Positions 16,901 to 27,100 of a stretch of 64,000 nucleotides of DNA are shown piece by piece. Within the stretch, counting starts at the first letter, position 1; the number at the start of each line of letters is the position of its first letter. The position numbers were made by a program, and so were the translations under genes. The stretch covers positions 31,759 through 95,758 of the forward strand of contig JACQPN010000012.1 of the NCBI GenBank assembly GCA_016207515.1. The letters run 5' to 3'. Below the pieces are notes generated by a model. It was not told where the DNA came from, did no database searches, and was given only the letters and a program-made list of their open reading frames with translations. Source of the DNA: Methanobacteriota archaeon (GTDB taxonomy: Archaea; Thermoplasmatota; SW-10-69-26; JACQPN01).

Positions 16901-19602
16901 GAATCTACCTGACTCGAAACGTCAACTTGACCGTCCGGTATCGAGATGGGACGGCAATCCCGAACGCGACGGTTCAACTGTTCATGTTGGACACGGCGCC
17001 GGAGGATACGGGCTCGTGCGAGGGCCGATTGGATTCTCCGAGCGTCTCGTTGGAGGTCCAATTGGCGCAGTCGTCGACGCGCATCCAGACGGTCTGGCGT
17101 GGGCAAACGAATCAGGACGGGAACACGACGCTTTACTCGGTCCTTCCCGGATTCTGGTGCTCACAATTCCCCTACCTGTTTCCCGCGAATTTCACCTCCC
17201 ACACGACGGCCCCGAATGGTTCGGACGCGCGACACAATGAAAGCTTTGGGGCCGTTGAGCTCACGCCCCACCAATGGGACTTCCGAGGCATGCCAAGTTA
17301 CGCGAACTACACTCGGTTCCTCTACGATTGGGGCTTTTGCAGCGTGAACACGGGCCCGGAACGCGCGTTCGAGAAATGCATCAACGGGGAGACGCCGACC
17401 TACCCCATGGTGGGCCCGGCCCGTTTGTTCTCCGGCGGAGTTTTATCGGCCGCGGGGTACGCCTTGAACCCGAAGACCGCGGTGTTGACGGCGGTGGATC
17501 GCCAGTGGGCGCGGGACCAGCTTTGCGATTGGACGCGCGGTTACAATGAACTGTTCGGAGCCGGCCTTTCCGTTGGCGACATAAACAACTCGTTAGACGT
17601 CCCCATTGTGGGAGGCAAACTCGGCGAATGCCGGGATGAAGCGGCTTTCTTCCAATGGCCCTCAGCACTCCTGATGCACGAGGCGTTCAGTGAGACTGGG
17701 CGCGTGCGCGATTACGTGAACGGGACGGAGTGGGTGACGAACAGTTGGCCGGTGGTGCCCGCCCTGCCGGGTTCGCTTCTTGACACCACTTGGGCGTTCT
17801 TGGCAAATGAGACGACAGTGACAGCGACCCCGAAGACCCTTACGGGCCCTTCCGTGATGGGCATGTTGCGTTACAATTTCACCATCCCCGAGAACGAAGT
17901 CGTGAACATCGCCACGAGCTTCCAATTCGAATTCATCGGAACGAAGGGCTTCTACGTCGTCGCCCTCGGCGACGACGCTGTGAACTCCATGGAAAGCACG
18001 CTTGCAAACGTTTCTTCAGCGGAGCCCACGTGGTTCGAGAACCCCTTACAAAAATTCCTGAATCCACACTTGAGGATCACGCCCTTCGCCACGAACCAAC
18101 CCTTGAACGTCACGTTCGATTCGCAGTGGGACTTCAACGCGACGTTGCAAGTGGAGAACCACGCGTCCCAAGGCAACATGAGCACGAATGCCGAGTGGAT
18201 GACGCGCGGTTGGAACCCGAGAGGCGGCGCGATATTCTTCGTGTTCTGGCGGGAAAGCATCGTCTCGGCGAGTCTGCTTCGCGTCACCGACTATGATTAC
18301 CGTGCTTTCACGTACCTGGGGATGGTGCCGGCCGTGGATGCGTCCTCCTACGCCGCCTCGACGGGTAATCAAGTGGACAACACGCGGGTCAATCCCGAGG
18401 CGGAAGGGTGGGACCTCCTCATTTCGACGAGCCGGAAGCTCACGAACGTCACGGTGACTCCCGGCGTGGATGACCCGACCTACCTGAATGCGTCATCCTT
18501 GTACTCGACGGGCGTGACGGAGGGTTCGGACTTCGGGCCGATCATCGAGCGCCGTGGGATCGATGATTACCCGATTACGTTGGCGTCGAATTCGAAGACG
18601 CCGGGGTTCATGGTCGACTCGTACGGGGGTGGCGTCGTGTCGCAAGACAATGGGACGTGGCGTTACCTTGGGCGTGGCATGAATTCCGCGGCCCCCGGGT
18701 ACCTTGAGCAACGGTGGGAACGCGTGGCGCCGGAAGGCGCTGGAGCGGTTGATTCGGTGATTGATGCGGCGATCGATCCATTGGCGGGCGCCAGTTTGGC
18801 GCTCGTATGTCCGGGTTGTCAGGACGATTTGTTGGATTTCGTGAATTCGTCGGCGCCGTCGTACGCGGTCCCGGATTTATTCGCCGGGAAGGCGGATAGG
18901 GTGCACCATGCTGTTTGGTTGAACACGAGCTTCAACCGGTTCTATGATGTGGGTCTTACGTGGAATGAGACTTTCGCCGAGGTGGGCGTCTCTGGGTGGA
19001 ACGCGTCCGGTCCGCTTCCGGTCGACCCGGTCGACCGTTACGTGGAACGGGAGAATACGAACACGAATTACACGATCGAGGCGCATGGATTCACGTCGCA
19101 CGCGTGTTGGATGTGGGTGATTAGCGTCCAGACATGTGCGACCGGTGGTGAGGCAAAGGTCGTTTTGGAGGCGGACCCGCGCGTGGAGCTCTTCGGTGGC
19201 GCGATGAGGTGGAGTTTCAACCTCGGCACCCTATCGGTGGTCATCGTCGACAATGACGTCGATGACGAGGTCCCGGATACGGTGGTCATCTGTCAGGATA
19301 ATCATTGTGAGGATTTCAATCCGGATGCGTGCCCGATGAGCGATGACCTGGAGTTCAGGACGTTGGCCTGTCACTTCAACATGAATGCGCCGTCGGGCTT
19401 CGTGTATTTCACGGAGCGTTCGGGTGACGTGGGGGGTCCACCGCCGTTCGAGACGATGGTGTACACGGCGCCGGTGGCTGCACATGTGTGGAACCCGTTG
19501 TACCTCGTGGATCCGAATGAGGCCCACTATCAGCCAGTGCCCATCAATTATCCCATCTGGTGCTCCGAACTTACAGATCCGGATACGTGCGTCCTTAACT
19601 AG
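13945..19602 (+). CDS. giant sequon-rich surface glycoprotein candidate with degenerate subtilase core (copy 1), 1885 aa
   Basis: ORF track gives 13828..19602. I prefer the ATG at 13945 (MGRAKPRAIIITFIILFSGFSFPL, a signal peptide). My by-eye count is about 60 N-X-S/T sequons. Cys-rich C-terminal part. Clear paralog of 46567-52173. Confidence 0.85.
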   Translation: MGRAKPRAIIITFIILFSGFSFPLDVEPLQLAPVASAGHGGPHPELKQVVTDPPNPNSTTDVYLKAECSNCSEISLEWFVDGVKSDDAQISFESIPPDGVFNFKYSLIPASQLKYGANVTWTANATLTALLTDSKSGYFVVGNSHPVATVHPLLKSQGFSVNRFQSLDLETFYNREYRDGNWTYWQDTVKVQDKEQDDNESFAIQQNLSYNWDFKEGNFSAFSNSSRASHEWRDLGDYQVRVTVKDWSKATGAQLNSTTADIPVHVRNQPPSLTFLEAREMPAMDSDTSTIADDDVDTTDVLRVKVHWSDGDAATGADQVFLDFYDVSATAAALNATREVNATGVGANVSVVELPLVDFKASRLRVCIRDRVTTLPVNGAIPLQAGRNLTLAGKICLTTEILQKFNPLDLRGIDVVHFVSGDAPFSTTGNVTDIWTKVPLDVSTPHERNETIRFFNENLTKLMNGRPPRVLAIESLGYPLTDEVNAKLGLLRDLGTLIIAPVEANDFSTTVTQYYTAGGIGISRHVIGVGVANQSMNGARLGTPAGPNGMMLAKPDFLVALPDNMAMAQAQVQAVRNVTDLAAILMLKGITDPFIIEEYLRTIAVPSWNGVDAIDNAWRQGYGILNTTNILGFVSNATFSPQNLSKDHNLSVWGNSSKLNHIVDLAPVLLNPSADFGVTTRENATTAHLKLVNPSMVLPSLGDQLLGSPRALLDKGLLPNTVFASEKKVRINVTFYHFPETLLNNASEAMRGLGHESAVWSLMGSNTTDPNLTVNTTSDILSDLNSSRGSLDHPLKPYYFIPETTATVGGDFAVTRISPYVEPLLEAADIALDRTKYLGFSSESPLNASTRFAIQQHRLGLVALRANLTNVGDLDRVTGNVSLLKVKLTNLVAIVPSDPVLKPLNDTVRNYTEQLALFASRTVGAVTSLGDETFVDLTTEAEKTTQAPYGHYFGVVRVIAEDICNNSTATGQDQTCKTIIKTAPTGIYLTRNVNLTVRYRDGTAIPNATVQLFMLDTAPEDTGSCEGRLDSPSVSLEVQLAQSSTRIQTVWRGQTNQDGNTTLYSVLPGFWCSQFPYLFPANFTSHTTAPNGSDARHNESFGAVELTPHQWDFRGMPSYANYTRFLYDWGFCSVNTGPERAFEKCINGETPTYPMVGPARLFSGGVLSAAGYALNPKTAVLTAVDRQWARDQLCDWTRGYNELFGAGLSVGDINNSLDVPIVGGKLGECRDEAAFFQWPSALLMHEAFSETGRVRDYVNGTEWVTNSWPVVPALPGSLLDTTWAFLANETTVTATPKTLTGPSVMGMLRYNFTIPENEVVNIATSFQFEFIGTKGFYVVALGDDAVNSMESTLANVSSAEPTWFENPLQKFLNPHLRITPFATNQPLNVTFDSQWDFNATLQVENHASQGNMSTNAEWMTRGWNPRGGAIFFVFWRESIVSASLLRVTDYDYRAFTYLGMVPAVDASSYAASTGNQVDNTRVNPEAEGWDLLISTSRKLTNVTVTPGVDDPTYLNASSLYSTGVTEGSDFGPIIERRGIDDYPITLASNSKTPGFMVDSYGGGVVSQDNGTWRYLGRGMNSAAPGYLEQRWERVAPEGAGAVDSVIDAAIDPLAGASLALVCPGCQDDLLDFVNSSAPSYAVPDLFAGKADRVHHAVWLNTSFNRFYDVGLTWNETFAEVGVSGWNASGPLPVDPVDRYVERENTNTNYTIEAHGFTSHACWMWVISVQTCATGGEAKVVLEADPRVELFGGAMRWSFNLGTLSVVIVDNDVDDEVPDTVVICQDNHCEDFNPDACPMSDDLEFRTLACHFNMNAPSGFVYFTERSGDVGGPPPFETMVYTAPVAAHVWNPLYLVDPNEAHYQPVPINYPIWCSELTDPDTCVLN
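15165..15840 (+). other. degenerate subtilase-like core (domain of the copy 1 glycoprotein)
   Basis: Order of subtilase landmarks is kept: LRGIDVVHFVSGD ... ESLGYP ... GTLIIAPVEAND ... HVIGVGVANQS ... AKPDFLVALP ... RNVTDLAAILML ... GYGILN. The G-T-S-M-A-A-P position reads N-V-T-D-L-A-A (Thr codon 15679-15681), and I see no H-G-T-H. Confidence 0.5.
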
Positions 19603-19727
19603 CGTGGGGCGTCGCGTGGCCAATGCACATTTTCACTAGTCCTCGGCTTGCCAAATTTCGGGGGATTTTTCGGAGATGACGCAACGGACCCGGCCGCAAT
19701 TACCAGTCGTAACGACATGGGGTCCGA

Positions 19728-20642
19728 TCACTTGCACGGTTTCCCGCCCCACGAACTGTCAAAAAGCGTCGCATCCCAGCCGTAGGCCGCGTAGTAGCCG
19801 ACCGTGGGTTCGCAGCGTAGCCACCTCAGGTTCCCGGATGAGGTCTGGTTCGCGATCGGCGCCGACGTGTAATGGTTAGCAGGCCAGCTCTTGCCTGATG
19901 CGAGCAGTTCGACCCTCAGGTCCTCCGCGCTGATGCGTTCCGGGACGAGCCCCGCGTGGCCACGCGTGTAATCGTTGATGAGTTGCACGATGAACGCGTG
20001 GGCGTCGGCCGAGACGGTGTCCCCCTTCGCGATCGTCTCGGGATCCAATGACTTCGACGGGACCTCGATGGCCCACGGGAGGGCAGGTCCGGGCGCGAAC
20101 GTGTAAGGGCTCTCAAGGGCGCCTGACGCCTCCACGCGCGCGCTCACGATATTCGTGCCCGCCGCCTCGATCGTCACCGAATAGTCCATGCGGCTCCCGC
20201 CGGCGTCGAAATGCCCTTCACCGGCCCACGTGTGTCCCACCAACGTCGTCGTCACGTTCCCGCGAAAACCCGCGTGTTCCGTGAGGTACTTCAGGTCCCA
20301 CGCCAAGAGTTGCACGGTGCTTGTGCGGAAGGCCGCCGCGTCGAACCCGTATTTCGTCCAGCCGATCCCGTTGTACGTAGTGTAGATGACCGTTCCGGAT
20401 TTCACGGCCCGGCCGGGGAATTCCGCCGTGCCGTTCGGGTCAGCCGCGAAAAGATCGCCAGCGCGGCCCGTGAACATCCTTCCCGGCGCCTCGCCTGGTT
20501 CGCCGGGCGTGAGCGTCACGATCATGTCCGCGAATTCCAGATCCAGACGCTCTGCAGGGCGGGTCTGGTCGGACGTCGGACTTGTGCAACCGGTCAGAGT
20601 GATCGTGCTAAGAAGCATGATCGCGAAACGCGCTTTGCTCAC
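19728..20642 (-). CDS. lipoprotein, hypothetical, 304 aa
   Basis: GTG start. Lipobox MSKARFAIMLLSTITLTGC|TSP. A TATA-like element lies 23-30 nt upstream on the same strand. Confidence 0.7.
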   Translation of the reverse strand: MSKARFAIMLLSTITLTGCTSPTSDQTRPAERLDLEFADMIVTLTPGEPGEAPGRMFTGRAGDLFAADPNGTAEFPGRAVKSGTVIYTTYNGIGWTKYGFDAAAFRTSTVQLLAWDLKYLTEHAGFRGNVTTTLVGHTWAGEGHFDAGGSRMDYSVTIEAAGTNIVSARVEASGALESPYTFAPGPALPWAIEVPSKSLDPETIAKGDTVSADAHAFIVQLINDYTRGHAGLVPERISAEDLRVELLASGKSWPANHYTSAPIANQTSSGNLRWLRCEPTVGYYAAYGWDATLFDSSWGGKPCK

Positions 20643-20665
20643 AGCGCCTCAGTCGCAGCGGATTC

Positions 20666-20673
20666 TTATAAAA
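20666..20673 (-). promoter_or_regulatory. TATA box candidate for the lipoprotein gene (leaderless geometry)
   Basis: The minus strand reads ttttataa, 23 nt upstream of the GTG at 20642. Confidence 0.4.
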
Positions 20674-21160
20674 CGTTTGGTGGCGGGTATCGGCTCCTCG
20701 ACTCGGATGCGACCGATTGCCGGGAACCCGGTTGCGTGGCTCGGGTTGATCGAAGACGGCGCGTTATCGACGCGAAGACGACGCTACGGATCAGCATAGA
20801 TGCATCGTCTTTCCGGGAACACGAAAACCAGCGCCGATCCGCGGTCACGCCGCGGTTCACTGATCGCGTTCCGAGTTCCCGATCTCTCCGAATCTCGCAG
20901 CTGATCAGCTCCGCATTTGAACATGTTTGACAAGTATTCCAAAAACCGGTTGTTAACCTCCTATCGTAACAACGATATCATATTAATACGACCGGTGTCC
21001 TCTTCACGTAAGCCCCAGATGGCGAACTGGGACGGGAGACTGGGGAGGCGGAACGCGGTTTCCGTAGCCGAAGAAAGTGTTCGGTTGTCGGTCACGCTTT
21101 TTCGCGCGCCTCGCTTTCTCGATCGGTCAGGATTTCGTCGCCGAAAAAGAGGGATTTGAA

Positions 21161-24100
21161 ATGGCGAAAGGAGGCAACGAGGGCAAGCGGGCATTGAATG
21201 TTTTTGTGAGCGTCATGATGGTCACTTCTGGCCTATTGGTGCTTCCATTCTCGGAATGGGCGCCGTTCGGCACAGCAAGCGCGACACCGAGTTTCGGCAC
21301 AGGCGCCGCCGGTTTCACGGACTATCAACCCCCGTCGACGATGGGTAACGACGCTGCCGAGCCCGGCATAGGCGTGAACTGGAACACTGGAAAGGTGTTC
21401 ATCAATTCCAACGCAGACCAATTGCGCGTGACCTTCAACGACGCGGTCTACCCTCCGACCGCGTTTTGGGAAGACAAGAGCGCCCCCTTCTCCATAGTCA
21501 ACATCGACCCCGTGCTTTTCACCGATTCCGTCACGGGCCGCACCTTCGCCGGCGGCCTCGACGGGACTTGCAGCATCATCGGGTTCACGAGCGACGACGG
21601 TAACTCCTGGACCCCGTCGGCGGACGCCTGCGCCCATGGCGGTTGGGACCACGAGACCGTCGGCGGCGGCCCGTACGCCGAACCCCTTCGGAGCATCATC
21701 GAGGACAGCCCGATCGCGTACAAGCACGCAGTGTACTATTGTTCGCAGGTCGGCCTGGAGCCGAGCCCTGCCTTCTGTTCGCGAAGCCTCAACGGCGGCC
21801 TCACCTTCGAAGAGGTGCGCCCCACGTGGGTGAGGGATTGTTGGGCCATCTCCGGCCACATCCGCGTCGCCCCCGATGGGACCGTCTATCTCCCGTCCCG
21901 TAACTGCGGCGGCAAGGACGGCTTCGGCGTGAGCACCGACAACACGCTCAACTGGAACGTGAGGACAATACCGGGTTCGACCGCGAGCGGCCGCTTCGAC
22001 CCGAGCATCGCCCCGAGCTACAACGCGGACGGTTCGGGCAACTACTGGATCTACTACGGCCAGGCCGAGGCGAACGGCGCCTTCATCGCGGTCTCGAAGG
22101 ACCGCGGCGTCACATTCGAGGACATCGGCGCCGGCAACGGCGTCACGCCAACGAAGTGGTTGAACGTCGGCGCGCTGACGAGCCCGCCGGTGTTGCGGGC
22201 CGAGTTCGCCGAGGTCATCGCGGGCGATCACGACAGGGCCGCGTTCGCCTTCCTCGGTGCGACACAATCCGCGGCGAACCTCCCCGGTTGCGCGGCCGCA
22301 CAGAACTCGCTCGTATGGTACATGTACGTCGCCATGACGTACGACGGAGGCGTCACCTGGAACGTAGAGAAGGCCTCCGAAAAGATAGTACAACGCGGTT
22401 CCATCGGCGACCCCGATGAGACGTGCCGCAACCTCCTTGACTTCAACGACATCACCGTGGGCGCCGACGGACGCGTCCTGATCGGCTACGCCGACGGCTG
22501 CACGTCCGCGTCCTGCGAAGGGCCAAGCGGCACGGCGGGGCAGAGCCGTAGCGAAAAAGCGACCATCACGCGCCAAAGCAGCGGCCGCGGCCTCTTCGCG
22601 GCGTTCGACACCGGTTCCCCGCTTGAAGCCGACGCCGGCGGCCCATACTCGGGCGGCGTCGGGGCGCAGATCTCCTTCGACGGCGCTGCCACGGGCGGCA
22701 CCTCGCCATACTCATTCGGTTGGGACTTCGGTGACGGGAACACGGGAAGCGGCGCTTCCCCCACGCACGCCTACGCCTCTTCGGGGACGTACACGGTCAC
22801 CCTTACCGTCACCGACGCGGCAAGCACCAGCGATTCGGTCTCGACGACGGCGACAGTATCCAGTACGACCTCGGTGCCGGTCGTCGACATCGAGAACCCG
22901 GCTTCGGGTTCCACCGTGCATGACACCGTTGCGATCTCCGGGACGGCCGGTCACACGGGCGACCCGAACGGATTGACGTTTGCGGGCCTTTCCTCGGTCA
23001 CGGGCACCGGCACGACGGCGACACTTTCCTGGAGCTCCGCCTCGGGCGGCACGCCTCCCTACACGTACAACGTGTACACGGGCCCCGCCGGCAGCGTCGA
23101 TCTCGGTAGCCCTATCGAAACAACGGGCTCCACAGGAACGACGATCTCCGGCCTCGTCGCCGGCGTCGAAGCCTGTTTCATCGTCCGCGTCACCGACTCG
23201 GCCGCCTCGAGCGACACGAACACGGTGGAGAAGTGCTACCTGCCCACCTTGACGACCGAGACCATCACCTTCTACTACCACGGCGGCGAGTTCACGGACG
23301 CGCCGGACCCCGCTCCCGACAGTGCTGTCATGGTGAAGGGGACGATGAGCACGACCCCGGGCGCCGCCCCGAAGCGGGCGGTCACCGGAGGTGGCCTCGT
23401 CGGTTCTAGCCAACAGATAGGCAACGTCGTTTCTCCGGACATCGACGCCTACCCGCTCCTGTTCGAGAGCGGCCCATTGACGGGCCCCCTCACGATCGCC
23501 GACGGGACGACCACCATCACCGACAACGACGGCGCACCGTGGACCATCGCGAACAACGTCCTTCTCAGGGACTGCATCGCGGGCGGCATCGACGGCAACT
23601 ATTTCGCCGACGTGTACCAGGTGGTCGGCGACACTGCGACGCTTGTGCTCACCAACGACGCCGCGGAGTTCTCCAACACGGGCGTCCTCTCGGCCGACCC
23701 GGTCGAAGGCGACTGCGTCGTACACCACTTGGGTTACGCGGAGCCGAGCACCGCGAGCCACACTTTCCCGGTGGGAAGCAAGATCCTTGTGGGGATCCAC
23801 CCGGACTTCTTCGCCGCATCCTTCAGCGCGACCTACAAGTGGGACGGTCCGGCCCTCTATGACTCGCACCTTGAGTTCACCGGGACCTACGAGCCAGGTT
23901 CGCCGCCTGTGCAGGCGATGATAAGCGACGCCGTCGGCGACGGGCACAGCCCCGAAGCCGATTTCGTCCAGGTGGACGCGGCGGCGACGGCCACGGACCT
24001 CGTCGTGGCCATGAACGTGGACCTTCTTCTCACGTCCCCCGGCGACGGGTTCGCGTCGAGCGAGTTCCACGAATGGGACGTCGTCTTCACGATCGGGACC

Positions 24101-27100
24101 ACGGAGTACGATTATCAGGTCTACACGTTCGGCCAGGTGACGGGCCTTTGGTCCTTCAACGACGGCGCGGACAGCACCGGCACGGTCGACATCGACTACG
24201 CGAACAACAGGATCACGGTCACGATCCCCTGGACAGAGGTCGGCGCCACGGCGGGCCAGGTCCTTTCCGACGTCCACGTGCAATCGTACGAGACGCCGAC
24301 CGGATTTCTCAGCTCCGTCGTGCCAGACGACAGAGCTCCCGACGTCGGCGGCGCGGCGTTGAGCGTTCCGGCCTCGGTCTCCGCCCCCTCGACGGGCGAC
24401 CTCGTTACCGGTCTCAATACGCTCTTCCTCCATGGGGAACGCGTGCGATCGCTCTCGGTCCCGTCGATAGGCGACCTTGGAAAGTCCGCGCCCGTCTTGT
24501 CCTTCGAAAGACCGGAAGGGCTTGCGCCCTCGGTCTTCTCTGAAAGCGACGGCCCCGTCTTCATCGCGTTCAGCGCGCCGTTCGAAAGCGACGCGACGAT
24601 CGGCGACGGTGAGGGCTCTACGATCGACGGTGCGAGCCTCGGCGTCTACATCTCGCAGAGGTCAACGGCCTCGATGCTCGATGGATTGAACGCGGAACTG
24701 AATCTTGTGACCAACGACGGCGTCTTGCCCCTTGCAAGGAGCTACAGCGACGACGGCCCGAAGGCGCAGGGGATGCCGACGCTCGTAAACATGCCGTTCG
24801 AGATGGGCAAGGCGTACTCGAAGACGCGGCAACTCGGCGGCTTCGACGTCTCCCGGACCGATTTCGCCGGCTTCCCGGCCACGGATGAGAACGGCGATGT
24901 CCTCGCCCACGTGGGCGACAGGCTCGAAGTCCGCTTCTGGATCGACTCGCCGGCCACCACGTCGCCTTACGCGGTGTACTATGACAACAACCGCTTCCCG
25001 AGCGCCCTCAGGGTGCCGTTGAGCGGCCTCGCGCCGGCCGAACCGCCGGTGCCGATCACCGCGACGGGTGCGAACGTGCTCGGCGCCGACGACCCGCAGG
25101 AACTCCCGCCGCAGTATGCGAGCCTTGACCTCAAGGGCGCGGCGGTCTCGAACACGGCGACGGACCTTGTCGTGACGTTCACGACCTACGGTTTCGATCC
25201 GGCCTTGCCCCACCCCGGTAGCCCCGCGGCCACATGGGAGTACGGTTTCACGCTGGACGGATCGGAGCTCGCTTTGTGGATAGAGAGCACCGGCGCACAG
25301 AACCCGACCTTCGAGGCCCAATCGCAATGCCTCGGCTGCCTCGGCGCGACCGGTTGGCTGACCCTCCAGAGCGGCTTCCCGGTGACGATCGACGCCGCGA
25401 GCCACACCCTTACGGCGACGGTCCCGCTGTCGGCCTGGTCGACGGCGATCAGCGGCGCTAGCCTTTCGCCCGGCGACACGTTGACGACGACCTTCCTCCA
25501 AGCGAGGATGCTCGTGCCTGGAAACGGGCTTCCGAGCGTCCTGCCCACGATGGACTATGCGCCCGGCGGCGGCCCCGAAACCACGGCGACGCAATTCGTC
25601 CTGGCTCCCGCCAATGGCAACGAGTACACTATACAGGGCGGCCCGAACCCCGACACGCCTCCGACCATCTCGGCGTTCTCGGGTTCGCCGACGTCGGGAA
25701 GCGCGCCCCTCGCGGTCGACTTCAATGGAAGCGTCGTAGAAGGGACGAACGCCATCGCCAGCGTCTCTTTGAACTTCGGCGACGGCTCGAGCCCGGAAAG
25801 CATAACGCTTTCCGGCGGCAGCTTCTCCGGCGTCTCCCACACGTACACGACTTCAGGCTCACGTACGGCGACGCTCACAGTGACCGACACGGAGGGCCTC
25901 ACGGACTCCGCGACCCAAGGCGTCAACGTCGGCTCCAAACCCGCGGGCGTCTACGTGACGGTGGGGAGCGGCGCCGAAGAGCGCGCGACCGACGACTCGC
26001 CTGATTCGGCGACGTGGCACATCGACCATGACTTCTCGGTCTACGCGCCCGGGACCGGGCTCGTCATCACCGCAGTCTTCTTCGACGGATCCTCGGAGAG
26101 CGCGCCTGATTCGGTGAGCGTCACCGTGGGCGAGTCTGGGACCATCACCATCACGAGTCCCGCCGACGGGGCCTACGTGGACCCGGGCATCGTCCCCATA
26201 TCGGGCACGACGCCGGATTCAAGCGGCTCCGGCCAGTCCTCCGGCATGTGGACCCTTCCGTTCGCGGACGACGTGGACATGGATCGCGTCCAGGACGCCT
26301 TGGAGGACGAACTTTCGCAAGCCAGCGCAAGTGACGTCTACAGCGTCAAGGTGCTCCTCGACCACCCGGCGACGGCGTTGGACGCCTTCAAGTTGGGAAG
26401 CCGCGGACACGCGACATACTCGTACCCGATCAAGGTGATCGACGCCGTCGACCTCGAAGGTGTTCCCGCTTGGGCCGTCAAGGGCCTCTTGCGCCACGAC
26501 GGGGCGATCCGTGTCGAGTGGAACCCGCCGGCGGTCCTCGCTGACGGTCTCTCCGGGCAGATCATCAAGGCTAGGCCGTCGAGCACCTACGCGGACTGCG
26601 TGTGGGGCGGGGCGGGTTGCCTCGGCTACACCGGCAAAGGGGTCGGCTACGCCAACTTCGACGCCGGCGCCATGGGCACCCACAAGGCGTTCGAATGGGG
26701 CGCTTTCGCCCCGACGGGCGTCTCGCCGTCGACCTCGAAGCGCGTCGCCACCCTCGACGTCTGGGGACAGAACACGGTCGGCAACCACGCGACGGCGACG
26801 GCGGGTCTCGCCGTCGGGACCGGCATGGCGACCACCGAGCAGCCGCTTTACGGTTCGGCTCCGGGTGCTTCGCTCGTGAGCGTCATCGCACTCCAGGAGA
26901 TCGGCGGCGCGACGGGGAACAGCGTCAACGTGCGCACCTGCCAGGCCGTGGACGCGGTCATCGCGGCGAAGGCCACGTACAACATCCGCGTTGCGAGCCT
27001 TTCATACGGAAGCCTCCTTCCCGCGTCCACTTCGGACGACGCGTGTGTGGATCGCGCGGTCGACAACGGCATCGTCATGGTCATCGCGTCAGGCAACACG

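Noticed and set aside
21233-25840. Long antisense ORFs inside the 3958-aa gene (21233..22576, 22712..24433 and 24662..25840, all minus; 392-573 aa)
   Set aside because: Their translations are dominated by Arg, Gly, Asp, Val and Pro with no motifs. They lie fully inside a plus-strand ORF that has clear domain content. Stop-free antisense frames like these are typical of high-GC DNA.
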